This document shows, one piece after another, positions 20,056-27,003 of a DNA stretch of 38,997 nucleotides. Numbering within the stretch: position 1 is the stretch's first letter; each line of letters begins with the position of its first letter. The stretch is from positions 1-38,997 of IMG/VR virus record IMGVR_UViG_3300012347_000257; one strand, 5' to 3'. The DNA is from a virus (Duplodnaviria > Caudoviricetes). The notes below the pieces were generated by a model. That model was not told the DNA's origin and did no database searches. It saw only the letters and a list, made by a program, of their open reading frames with translations. The translations under genes were made by a program, and so were the position numbers.

Positions 20056-20144
20056 AATTAAGTCCTTTTTATGTTGACAAACTATTTACATAGTTCCACT
20101 GAAAAAGACCCTCAAATGGCTGAAAAACGATCAATTTTGAAATT

Positions 20145-20245
20145 AAAAAAACCCCCAACTGCGTGAGCAATTGAGGGGGAAAACATCTTAACTTATATAC
20201 TACTGTAAGGGAATCTCTGGCAAGAACTGCTTACACTTTTATTTA
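20145..20245 (-). ncRNA. Candidate ~90-nt small RNA A with its own TAAATA promoter and intrinsic terminator
   Basis: TAAATA-AAA-GT-G at 20245-20234; TGTAAG/CTTACA stem; terminator hairpin 20152-20179 with G-U pairing on the minus strand and a U7 tail; no ORF. Confidence 0.55.
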
Positions 20246-20270
20246 TCTCGATCAAGTTGAGTGGTGTTAA

Positions 20271-20459
20271 TTATGATTTTCGATTCATCAATTGATCATG
20301 CACAATTTGTAAAAACATCAGTGCTGATCCCAAAGAACTAATAGTCTCTGGTTCAACTTTATCTTTGAAACATTCCTGAATTTCAATTCTCAAGTCCTTC
20401 ATTGCGTCTTCGAGATTAATATAAATTTCATTTTGGGAAATCAATGATCTAATTTTCAT
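20271..20459 (-). CDS. Hypothetical protein
   Basis: 62 aa, overlaps the upstream ORF; weak resemblance to 18955..19164. Confidence 0.55.
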   Translation of the reverse strand: MKIRSLISQNEIYINLEDAMKDLRIEIQECFKDKVEPETISSLGSALMFLQIVHDQLMNRKS

Positions 20460-20643
20460 ATTCAGGTATTCCTAGTTCTTTGGCTATTTGATATTCAGCA
20501 ATTGACAGCCATTTGATCAATTTGCTATTGCTTACTGCGTATAAGCCGGGTGTAATTTTTCCATTAGCAAATGTTTTGTTTTTAATATAAGTTTCTTCAT
20601 TTGCTAATGTTATTGTTGGGGGAGTTGATTTGTTTTTATTCAT
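20449..20643 (-). CDS. Hypothetical protein, probably leaderless
   Basis: TAAATA-TTTGT-ATG with no Shine-Dalgarno sequence. Confidence 0.55.
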   Translation of the reverse strand: MNKNKSTPPTITLANEETYIKNKTFANGKITPGLYAVSNSKLIKWLSIAEYQIAKELGIPEYEN

Positions 20644-20658
20644 ACAAATATTTAGTTC

Positions 20659-20764
20659 TGTGAGAATATGTGTGAGATTTTGTAAGTGGTTGTGTGTGAG
20701 ATGTATTCGATTGTTTGAGATTATATTTGAGATATATTTGAGGTGTTTGAGGATGTATTTGAAT
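20659..20764. repeat. Strand-biased tract of short TGAG(A)/TTTGAG repeats (iteron-like)
   Basis: About seven TGAG units in an almost C-free G/T-rich stretch beside the palindrome and the polymerase gene. Confidence 0.5.
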
Positions 20765-20793
20765 AATAATTATAAAAGAAAACAACTAACCGC

Positions 20794-20835
20794 ATAATAT
20801 ACCCTAGTGTATTACAAGTCGTAACGGCCGTTACG
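20794..20835. repeat. Direct repeat copy 1 (33 bp exact) ending in the perfect 16-bp palindrome CGTAACGGCCGTTACG
   Basis: ATAATATACCCTAGTGTATTACAAGTCGTAACG at 20794-20826 equals 22217-22249; palindrome at 20820-20835. Confidence 0.92.
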
Positions 20836-20868
20836 GTCAACAATTGTTAATATTATTGTTCAAAAGTA

Positions 20869-20926
20869 TTGCAAATGACGCAAAATCACGCTATAATTAG
20901 TATGTATTTGACAGCAATGCTAAATA
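20869..20926 (+). promoter_or_regulatory. Sigma70-type promoter plus TAAATA box upstream of the polymerase gene
   Basis: TTGCAA-N17-TATAAT at 20869-20897; TAAATA at 20921-20926. Confidence 0.65.
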
Positions 20927-21052
20927 CATTGTGAGAGGTGCAATGCCGATCATAATTATGTCCTGTATAGTAAGCGTTGTATGGTAGCAACGCTTACACC
21001 TACTACCATTAGGATACCGGTACATAAAATAATAATAAATAAAGGACAAATT

Positions 21053-22354
21053 ATGACTTATATACCAAATTTCAATGACCCACGTGTTCTCCAAAGAACC
21101 AAACATGCATATGGATTTTCATTAGCTGTATTAAGTGACACAGAAGCTCGCGGTTGGGCAAAAGTAGTGTTTGACAAGTATTTTGGACCACAATCTAATC
21201 AACTTTCAAAATATCTTCGTAGTATGTTATTAACCTGCGCTGATACCCATTATTCAAAAGACACAGGCAAAACAAAGACTTATACATTAAATCGTGTAGG
21301 TACTGACTATCTACGTGATATATTACAGAGAAACCCTGTTACAGCAGTTGCAAGTATCGAAGAATATACTCCTCCAATTAGAACAAAACAACAAGAAAAA
21401 GCTAACTATATATTCGACTCAGTTGTAGTTAATGAATGGTGCAGACGCGAGTTTGATAAAGAACTTACAGAATTAACATTTGAATACAAAGATAAATCAG
21501 ATAGGCTATGGCACCCATTACAAAATGTAAAACGCGAACATAAAAAACAATTACTAAATGAGGCTGGATTAAAATATCATTATGACATCGAATCATGTGC
21601 GCCAACATTAATCTTACAACTTGCCCAGCACAACGGAATGGATTTGTGGTTGCATGCATTACAAAACTATCTATCTGATAAAACCGCATACAGAAATCAT
21701 ATTAGTTCTATCGCCGAAATAGATACTAAAACATCTAAGGTATTAATCAATGCATTGTTCTGCGGAGCTCGTTTAGGCACCAATGATCAGTTTGCATTAA
21801 GCCATTTACTTAATCACGATGCAGCTCGAATCCAAGTACTTAAACAAGATGAATTTATTCGTGATATAAAAGCAGATATTAAGAGTTGTTGGAATGCAAT
21901 TACACCTACAATGTCACGTAGATCAGTAATAAGTAAAAAAACAGGTAAGATTCGTTTAAAAGCAATTAGTTCAAGAGAAAAATGGGCTGTGTATTTTCGA
22001 TTAGAAAGATCAGTGCTCGATGTTGTACATCAATACTTAATAAGTACAGGTAATCGACATTTCTTAGAACATGATGGGTGGTCAACTGAAAGAGAGATCG
22101 ATCAAGCCGAACTACTTAACTTTATTAGAGAACATACAGGTTTTAATATTAAATTGTCTGTGGATTGTGAAACTGATACAGAGATATTAGAGAATAAAAA
22201 GAAACAACTAATCCCTATAATATACCCTAGTGTATTACAAGTCGTAACGACCGTAACGCCTGCTACTACTCCATTACAATCAACTAATGCTGAACGTCAA
22301 AAACGTTACAGAGAGCGTCAGAAATTAAATAAACTAACTGCTAAAGGAAATTGA
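21053..22354 (+). CDS. Minimal PolA/T7-RNAP-superfamily polymerase (putative replication protein); ORF track start is 20981, likely start 21053
   Basis: Motif A YHYDIESCAPTL, motif B K.LINALFCG, motif C FLEHDGW in the correct order; no exonuclease domain seen; AAGGA RBS before ATG 21053; basic C-terminal AERQKRYRERQK helix. Confidence 0.7.
   Translation: MTYIPNFNDPRVLQRTKHAYGFSLAVLSDTEARGWAKVVFDKYFGPQSNQLSKYLRSMLLTCADTHYSKDTGKTKTYTLNRVGTDYLRDILQRNPVTAVASIEEYTPPIRTKQQEKANYIFDSVVVNEWCRREFDKELTELTFEYKDKSDRLWHPLQNVKREHKKQLLNEAGLKYHYDIESCAPTLILQLAQHNGMDLWLHALQNYLSDKTAYRNHISSIAEIDTKTSKVLINALFCGARLGTNDQFALSHLLNHDAARIQVLKQDEFIRDIKADIKSCWNAITPTMSRRSVISKKTGKIRLKAISSREKWAVYFRLERSVLDVVHQYLISTGNRHFLEHDGWSTEREIDQAELLNFIREHTGFNIKLSVDCETDTEILENKKKQLIPIIYPSVLQVVTTVTPATTPLQSTNAERQKRYRERQKLNKLTAKGN
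22217..22256. repeat. Direct repeat copy 2, inside the 3' end of the polymerase gene
   Basis: 33 bp identical to copy 1, then CGTAACG-AC-CGTAACG as a direct rather than inverted pair. Confidence 0.92.
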
Positions 22355-22355
22355 A

Positions 22356-22514
22356 ATGAACAAAAGTACCAAACAAATACTACAAGAGCGGGCTAAAGCG
22401 GATGCGGAACTCAAACTAAAATCCGATCGATTAGAGCCTCAATTTAAAAAGCCACCTGCTTCTGTACTCGAAAAGATACATTACTTACGTGCACAGCGGG
22501 AAAATAAGTTTTAA
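22356..22514 (+). CDS. 52-aa basic hypothetical protein (not in the ORF track)
   Basis: AAGGA RBS; MNKSTKQILQERAKADAELKLKSDRLEPQFKKPPASVLEKIHYLRAQRENKF. Confidence 0.6.
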   Translation: MNKSTKQILQERAKADAELKLKSDRLEPQFKKPPASVLEKIHYLRAQRENKF

Positions 22515-22584
22515 ATTAACCTATACGTGTCTTTGTATTTTGTGTTATAATATATTTTTAGTAACAACACACAGGGACACAATT

Positions 22585-22977
22585 ATGTTTGTTAAAAATA
22601 ACAAAAGCGCCACTTATGATAACGAAGGACATCTTCACAGCGTTGATGGCCCTGCAATTATCGATGATGAAGGTACACAATATTGGTATAATCATGGTAC
22701 TCTTCATCGTGAAGATGGACCTGCAGAAATAGAAGCTAACGGCACAATGCGTTGGATTTATCAAGGTATGTTACATCGTGAAGATGGACCTGCAGAAATT
22801 TTTGACAATGGCACGAAACGTTGGTTTTACAGAAGTGATCTTCATCGCACAGATGGTCCTGCAGTTGAATACGCCAGTGGGAATTTTAACGAATATTGGC
22901 TACATGGCAAACAAGTAGATCGCTTTACTAGTTGGATTTTATATAACCAAACACAGCCAGCAGAAGTTGTGTTATAA
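22585..22977 (+). CDS. LHRxDGPA-repeat protein 1 (likely start 22585)
   Basis: Four LH(R/S)xDGPA repeats; promoter TGTTATAAT and AGGGA RBS upstream of MFVKNN. Confidence 0.8.
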   Translation: MFVKNNKSATYDNEGHLHSVDGPAIIDDEGTQYWYNHGTLHREDGPAEIEANGTMRWIYQGMLHREDGPAEIFDNGTKRWFYRSDLHRTDGPAVEYASGNFNEYWLHGKQVDRFTSWILYNQTQPAEVVL

Positions 22978-23015
22978 TATATTTTTAGTTAGTTAATTAC
23001 AGAAAGTAAATTATG
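22950..23015 (+). repeat. 66-bp promoter-RBS-ATG cassette repeat, copy 1
   Basis: Identical to 23538..23603; contains the extended -10 TGTTATAAT and AGAAAG-TAAATT-ATG. Confidence 0.92.
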
Positions 23016-23516
23016 AAACTTACTACGTTGAGCTTATTATCGGCTGCAGTAATGTCGATTACCGCGTGTAATGATAGTAACAGCACACAAGACGCACTAT
23101 CACTTAATAAGATAACTGACCTATCAGCAGTTGGCGTTTATGAATGCTCGAATATGCATGAATATAGTACGATTTACGACGACCCCAACAATTACCCCGA
23201 CACTGACCACACTACAGTTGAATACGGTAAATTTACAGTAAGTCCGTCATTAAATAAAAGAATTGAATTTCAATACAAATATCGGAACTCTAGTAGTACA
23301 CTGCATAATTTTGAATTTTATAATTCTGAAATAATCGGAGATCACCTTACAGCTAAAATTGTGAAAAACACAGATAACTGGTCTATTGTACATGTGTTTA
23401 CTATAAACACAAAAACAGGTTCGTTTGTTGATACTGAAGAAGGTAATCGAAGAAAAAATGGTAAAATTGTGCCAAACACTACTGTGGTAATAGAATTAAC
23501 AGGTGACTGTACGTAA
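23013..23516 (+). CDS. Putative lipoprotein
   Basis: MKLTTLSLLSAAVMSITA-C lipobox. Confidence 0.75.
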   Translation: MKLTTLSLLSAAVMSITACNDSNSTQDALSLNKITDLSAVGVYECSNMHEYSTIYDDPNNYPDTDHTTVEYGKFTVSPSLNKRIEFQYKYRNSSSTLHNFEFYNSEIIGDHLTAKIVKNTDNWSIVHVFTINTKTGSFVDTEEGNRRKNGKIVPNTTVVIELTGDCT

Positions 23517-23537
23517 TAAAGTAATAATTAAAATTAT

Positions 23538-23603
23538 AACACAGCCAGCAGAAGTTGTGTTATAATATATTTTTAGTTAGTTAATTACAGAAAGTAAATT
23601 ATG
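23538..23603 (+). repeat. 66-bp promoter-RBS-ATG cassette repeat, copy 2
   Basis: Identical to 22950..23015. Confidence 0.92.
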
Positions 23604-23969
23604 TTTTTAGAAAACGGTGATGATGGTTTCCCTTACGTAACTCCATGGATTGTTGAAATGCAATTAGATGATGATGGCTATTATCATGGTGAGATAGTAG
23701 ATGATGGCGATACAATTGTACACGTTAAGCATGGATTAATTCATAATGACTTTGGCCCAGCAATTGTATCAGCAAATGGACTTACTCAAATTTATTATCG
23801 CAATGGACTAAAACACAGACCAGATGGTGCTGCCGTAAAAACTACGCAAGTTGATGACTATGATCCAGGTGACGAAGATAGCGAAATCAAATACGAATAC
23901 TGGCTTAATGGTAAACAAGTAGATGAATTAACTATTTGGTTGATGAAACGTCAAGTAATTTTTGCCTAA
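23601..23969 (+). CDS. LHRxDGPA-repeat protein 2
   Basis: IHNDFGPAI, KHRPDGAAV, and an EYWLNGKQVD C-terminus shared with protein 1 (EYWLHGKQVD). Confidence 0.75.
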   Translation: MFLENGDDGFPYVTPWIVEMQLDDDGYYHGEIVDDGDTIVHVKHGLIHNDFGPAIVSANGLTQIYYRNGLKHRPDGAAVKTTQVDDYDPGDEDSEIKYEYWLNGKQVDELTIWLMKRQVIFA

Positions 23970-23973
23970 TCAT

Positions 23974-24043
23974 TTGCATACTGCTGGGCAGTATGTTATA
24001 ATATATTTTTAGTTAGTTAATTAGTTATAGAAAGTAAATTATG
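23974..24043 (+). promoter_or_regulatory. Variant cassette promoter with an inverted repeat between -35 and -10
   Basis: TTGCAT-N17-TATAAT; CATACTGC-TGG-GCAGTATG at 23977-23995; same ATATTTTTAGTTAGTTAATTA...AGAAAGTAAATTATG tail. Confidence 0.7.
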
Positions 24044-24337
24044 AAGAATATTATTGCACCACTTGCGTTAGCTTTATTATCAACTGTAGCAGTTGCTGAT
24101 GATGATTTTAAATTCTCACATGAGACGAATCAGATAACGGCTAATATCCTCGAATTTCGAATCCAGCAAGCAGAGACTCTTAAACAAATGGAGCAAAGTC
24201 AACAAGAACTCGATGAGAGGATGGCACGCCATTGGGAAGAGCAACGAAAAAATATTAATAAGCCTATCAAGAGAGTATCAAAACAAAAAGCAAACTCAAA
24301 TTGTACTAACATCTCGGTATCAATTAAAGTAAATTGA
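24041..24337 (+). CDS. Secreted/periplasmic hypothetical protein
   Basis: Signal peptide MKNIIAPLALALLSTVAVA-DD; coiled-coil body. Confidence 0.7.
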   Translation: MKNIIAPLALALLSTVAVADDDFKFSHETNQITANILEFRIQQAETLKQMEQSQQELDERMARHWEEQRKNINKPIKRVSKQKANSNCTNISVSIKVN

Positions 24338-24361
24338 ATTATCTTCTACAGAAAGTAAATT

Positions 24362-25090
24362 ATGAAACGTATTATTGCACCACTTGCGTTAGCTTTATTA
24401 TCAACAGTAGCCATTGCTGATGATTCTAATAACATTCAAAAAAACTTTAATATTATACGCCAATATTTGCCTGAAACTAGTAGCTCAGTAGATAATTTAC
24501 CTGCATGGAATAATATAAATTACAAAAATTTTGCTAAAAAAACTAAAGAGTTTGAGACCCAAGAAGATTGTATTATTGCTCGGGATTATGCAATGACTCA
24601 AGTAAACGGTAAACTCGTAATCAATATAGACGATTCGCGGTATTCAATTGTGCAAGCAGTACATAATAATATCGAAACTAGAATAATTTGTAAAATATAT
24701 TATAAAGATTCTAATGTAGAAACACATATTCCAGTCAATTTTTATTTATATAAAACAACATTCGACATGATAAGATATGTCAAGCGCGAAGCCGAAATGG
24801 ACTTTAAATTAGTTTATGAAACGGCAACTCGACGCTCTGATGATGAAATTCGTGAAATTAAAATGAAGAAAGTTCAAGAACAAGCAAATGCTCGAAAACA
24901 ACACGAAGATGCTATTAAATCAAAAGTTGATAACATACTTAATCGTGAAACACTAGGCACTAGTTATAAATTATACGAACCTAAGAATTCGATTGTTGAA
25001 ACACCAGATACAAGTTATAAATTATACGAACCTAAGAATTCGACTGTTGTGCAACCGACTTCTAGAGTTAGTTTACCTTACCACTTTTAA
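24362..25090 (+). CDS. Secreted/periplasmic hypothetical protein
   Basis: Signal peptide MKRIIAPLALALLSTVAIA-DD, nearly identical to the previous gene; TSYKLYEPKNS duplicated near the C-terminus. Confidence 0.7.
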   Translation: MKRIIAPLALALLSTVAIADDSNNIQKNFNIIRQYLPETSSSVDNLPAWNNINYKNFAKKTKEFETQEDCIIARDYAMTQVNGKLVINIDDSRYSIVQAVHNNIETRIICKIYYKDSNVETHIPVNFYLYKTTFDMIRYVKREAEMDFKLVYETATRRSDDEIREIKMKKVQEQANARKQHEDAIKSKVDNILNRETLGTSYKLYEPKNSIVETPDTSYKLYEPKNSTVVQPTSRVSLPYHF

Positions 25091-25146
25091 TTAGCTATAG
25101 AAAGAAAAGCATTAGCCAAATTAAAACGACAGCAAGACGACGCTGA

Positions 25147-25223
25147 TAAATAAATGTGCTAAAAGCAAGTTGTGGTGGAATGTTTCTCAACCCCCGGGTA
25201 ATGGTGCTCGGGGGTTTCCTTTT
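25147..25223 (+). ncRNA. Candidate ~65-nt small RNA B: TAAATA promoter followed by an intrinsic terminator
   Basis: TAAATA-AAT-GT-G at 25147-25158; hairpin AACCCCCGGGTA-ATGG-TGCTCGGGGGTT (G-U pairs on the plus strand) then TCCTTTT. The hairpin probably also ends the plus-strand arm. Confidence 0.45.
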
Positions 25224-25308
25224 ATAAAGTCCACACAATGCAGTTGATAATGATCATTGCAATGGTAAGGATAAAAGCGTAAAGTAGTGATAAGTTATAA
25301 TTGTTCAT
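25222..25308 (-). CDS. 28-aa single-TM peptide, probably leaderless (not in the ORF track)
   Basis: MNNYNLSLLYAFILTIAMIIINCIVWTL, preceded by TAAATA-AAAGT-ATG (box at 25314-25319). Confidence 0.55.
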   Translation of the reverse strand: MNNYNLSLLYAFILTIAMIIINCIVWTL

Positions 25309-25312
25309 ACTT

Positions 25313-25639
25313 TTATTTATGGTTGTAGAAGAAAGTAAAAAGTGTCCATATAATTCCACCTGCTAGTCCCACAATAGTTATTACTTTGGTTCCACCTGCA
25401 ACATAACTATTGAACTGAGTCCACTTCGAGTTGCTGTCACTTGCCAGTGTACTTACTCGTTCAATAGCAACTACAGCACGATCAACTGAGCTGTTTAAAT
25501 TTGTCACTGACGTAATAAGTGTATTGACTTCTCGATTTAATGTTGCCAAGTTTGACGTTACATCTTCCAATTTCTCAGCGTGATTTTCTACTTTTACTTC
25601 CAGTACGGCAAGTCTAGTGCCGAAGTTATCATTTTCCAT
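25313..25639 (-). CDS. XhlA-like coiled-coil protein with a C-terminal TM segment (holin-like)
   Basis: RLAVLEVKVE heptad coiled coil, then ITIVGLAGGIIWTLFTFF; sits at the end of the tail operon. Confidence 0.65.
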   Translation of the reverse strand: MENDNFGTRLAVLEVKVENHAEKLEDVTSNLATLNREVNTLITSVTNLNSSVDRAVVAIERVSTLASDSNSKWTQFNSYVAGGTKVITIVGLAGGIIWTLFTFFYNHK

Positions 25640-25652
25640 TCTGTTCTCTCTA

Positions 25653-26699
25653 TTATACTAATTCTGCTAAAAATGCACATTTTTCTAGTAATGCATATCC
25701 TACACCCGCCGCTGTAAATGCTATTCGATGATTTGACCCGTATTGATCCAATGCTGGAATAGATGCAGTAGCGTTTAATCTAGATCCGGCTGTTAAAATT
25801 ACAGTTGGAGTAGTTCGCATTTCATTATAAAAGTGTATTGGTGTATTCATTGCTTGTGCGGCAGTATTAACATAACCACGAGTATTAGCATAGCAAATTT
25901 GATAGTAACGTTGACAGCGATGTAACTCAACTGCATACTCACGTTCTTCAAATGGAGTTGCCACTAACCCTTCTTCAAGTTGTAACCCTGTTATATAAAA
26001 TGTAGCATTTAATGTACTTACCACACTTACGGCACCGGTAACACCGAATTTACTACCTGTTTCCCAAACATTAGCATTAGCAGTTGAATTAGTAGTACCC
26101 ACACCCATACTGAATAATAATCTAAATCCAATCGTATTATCTTTAGTCCAAACTCCAGTAGTTGGTCCTGGAATAGTAACTTCTATTCGAGTCCAAGTAT
26201 CAACATTGGGTAATGAGTATGTAAAGTTATATGCAACAGTTACTGCACTATTCCTTAATGATCCACTGAATGTACCAGCCAGACTACTACGTGCCCAAAA
26301 GCTAATAGTAATAGGTTTAGCATCGATAGTACCCCAAAGTAAATCAGCAATATTCATACCTTCTATCATTTGACCAAACATAAAATAATCACCGGCTAAT
26401 AATGCATATGCACTTGATGATTTAAATCCTAAATATTTGGTAAACCCATCTGGTGTAGCTACCGCATTCATATTTTGTTGCAGTGTAAATTTGGCAGCAA
26501 TAGTGCCATATGAAATAATTCTATCAACTGTAATATATTCGGCAGAAACTGTATTAGCAATAGATACAGCACCAGCAGTACGTTGATCAATAATCATATC
26601 ACCATTAATAACACGATTACGTAATTTAGGGTACGAACGTGACACTTGCAATGTATTATCAGCAAATTTAACGCCTGTAGCAGTTAATTGTGTTGTCAT
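25653..26699 (-). CDS. Tail fibre / receptor-binding-like protein, paralogue 3
   Basis: RNRVINGDMIIDQR...ITGLQLEEG..ATPFE...ELHRCQRYY family signature. Confidence 0.7.
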   Translation of the reverse strand: MTTQLTATGVKFADNTLQVSRSYPKLRNRVINGDMIIDQRTAGAVSIANTVSAEYITVDRIISYGTIAAKFTLQQNMNAVATPDGFTKYLGFKSSSAYALLAGDYFMFGQMIEGMNIADLLWGTIDAKPITISFWARSSLAGTFSGSLRNSAVTVAYNFTYSLPNVDTWTRIEVTIPGPTTGVWTKDNTIGFRLLFSMGVGTTNSTANANVWETGSKFGVTGAVSVVSTLNATFYITGLQLEEGLVATPFEEREYAVELHRCQRYYQICYANTRGYVNTAAQAMNTPIHFYNEMRTTPTVILTAGSRLNATASIPALDQYGSNHRIAFTAAGVGYALLEKCAFLAELV

Positions 26700-26708
26700 T
26701 GCCAGTCC

Positions 26709-26993
26709 TTATGTTGTATAACGAGTTTTAATTTCTTCAACTTTAGCAAGCCATTCATCCATTGTTGCTTCGCCACGCTGTGCTTTAAAAAACAATGGGT
26801 CTGCTTCATTTTGATAATCGGCTAATCTCAATGCTGAGTAGTCAATAACTGGTACATCGGCTGGTTCTGGACTATTGCCCTCTGCAAGCCATTCTAAATA
26901 TGCAACATAATCACTATTTGTTGTTGCTGGTGGGATAAAAGCATTGTCTGCTAATCTAAGTATGATATCCGAGTCTGTTAATAATTTATACAT
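26709..26993 (-). CDS. Small tail fibre assembly-like protein
   Basis: AFIP....NSDYVAYLEWLAEGNSPEPAD motif and a DPLFFK..RGE C-terminus. Confidence 0.65.
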   Translation of the reverse strand: MYKLLTDSDIILRLADNAFIPPATTNSDYVAYLEWLAEGNSPEPADVPVIDYSALRLADYQNEADPLFFKAQRGEATMDEWLAKVEEIKTRYTT

Positions 26994-27003
26994 GTTAATT
27001 CCT

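Noticed and set aside
20897-21106. Minus-strand 69-aa ORF as a repressor
   Set aside because: No HTH pattern; it overlaps the polymerase promoter, leader and start.
20794-22249. Diversity-generating retroelement TR/VR pair
   Set aside because: The core repeat is exact rather than adenine-variable, and the adjacent enzyme has PolA-type motifs with no RT YxDD motif.
22950-23603. Integron attC sites or CRISPR repeats
   Set aside because: The repeats are non-palindromic promoter/RBS units; no integron integrase or attC structure is seen.
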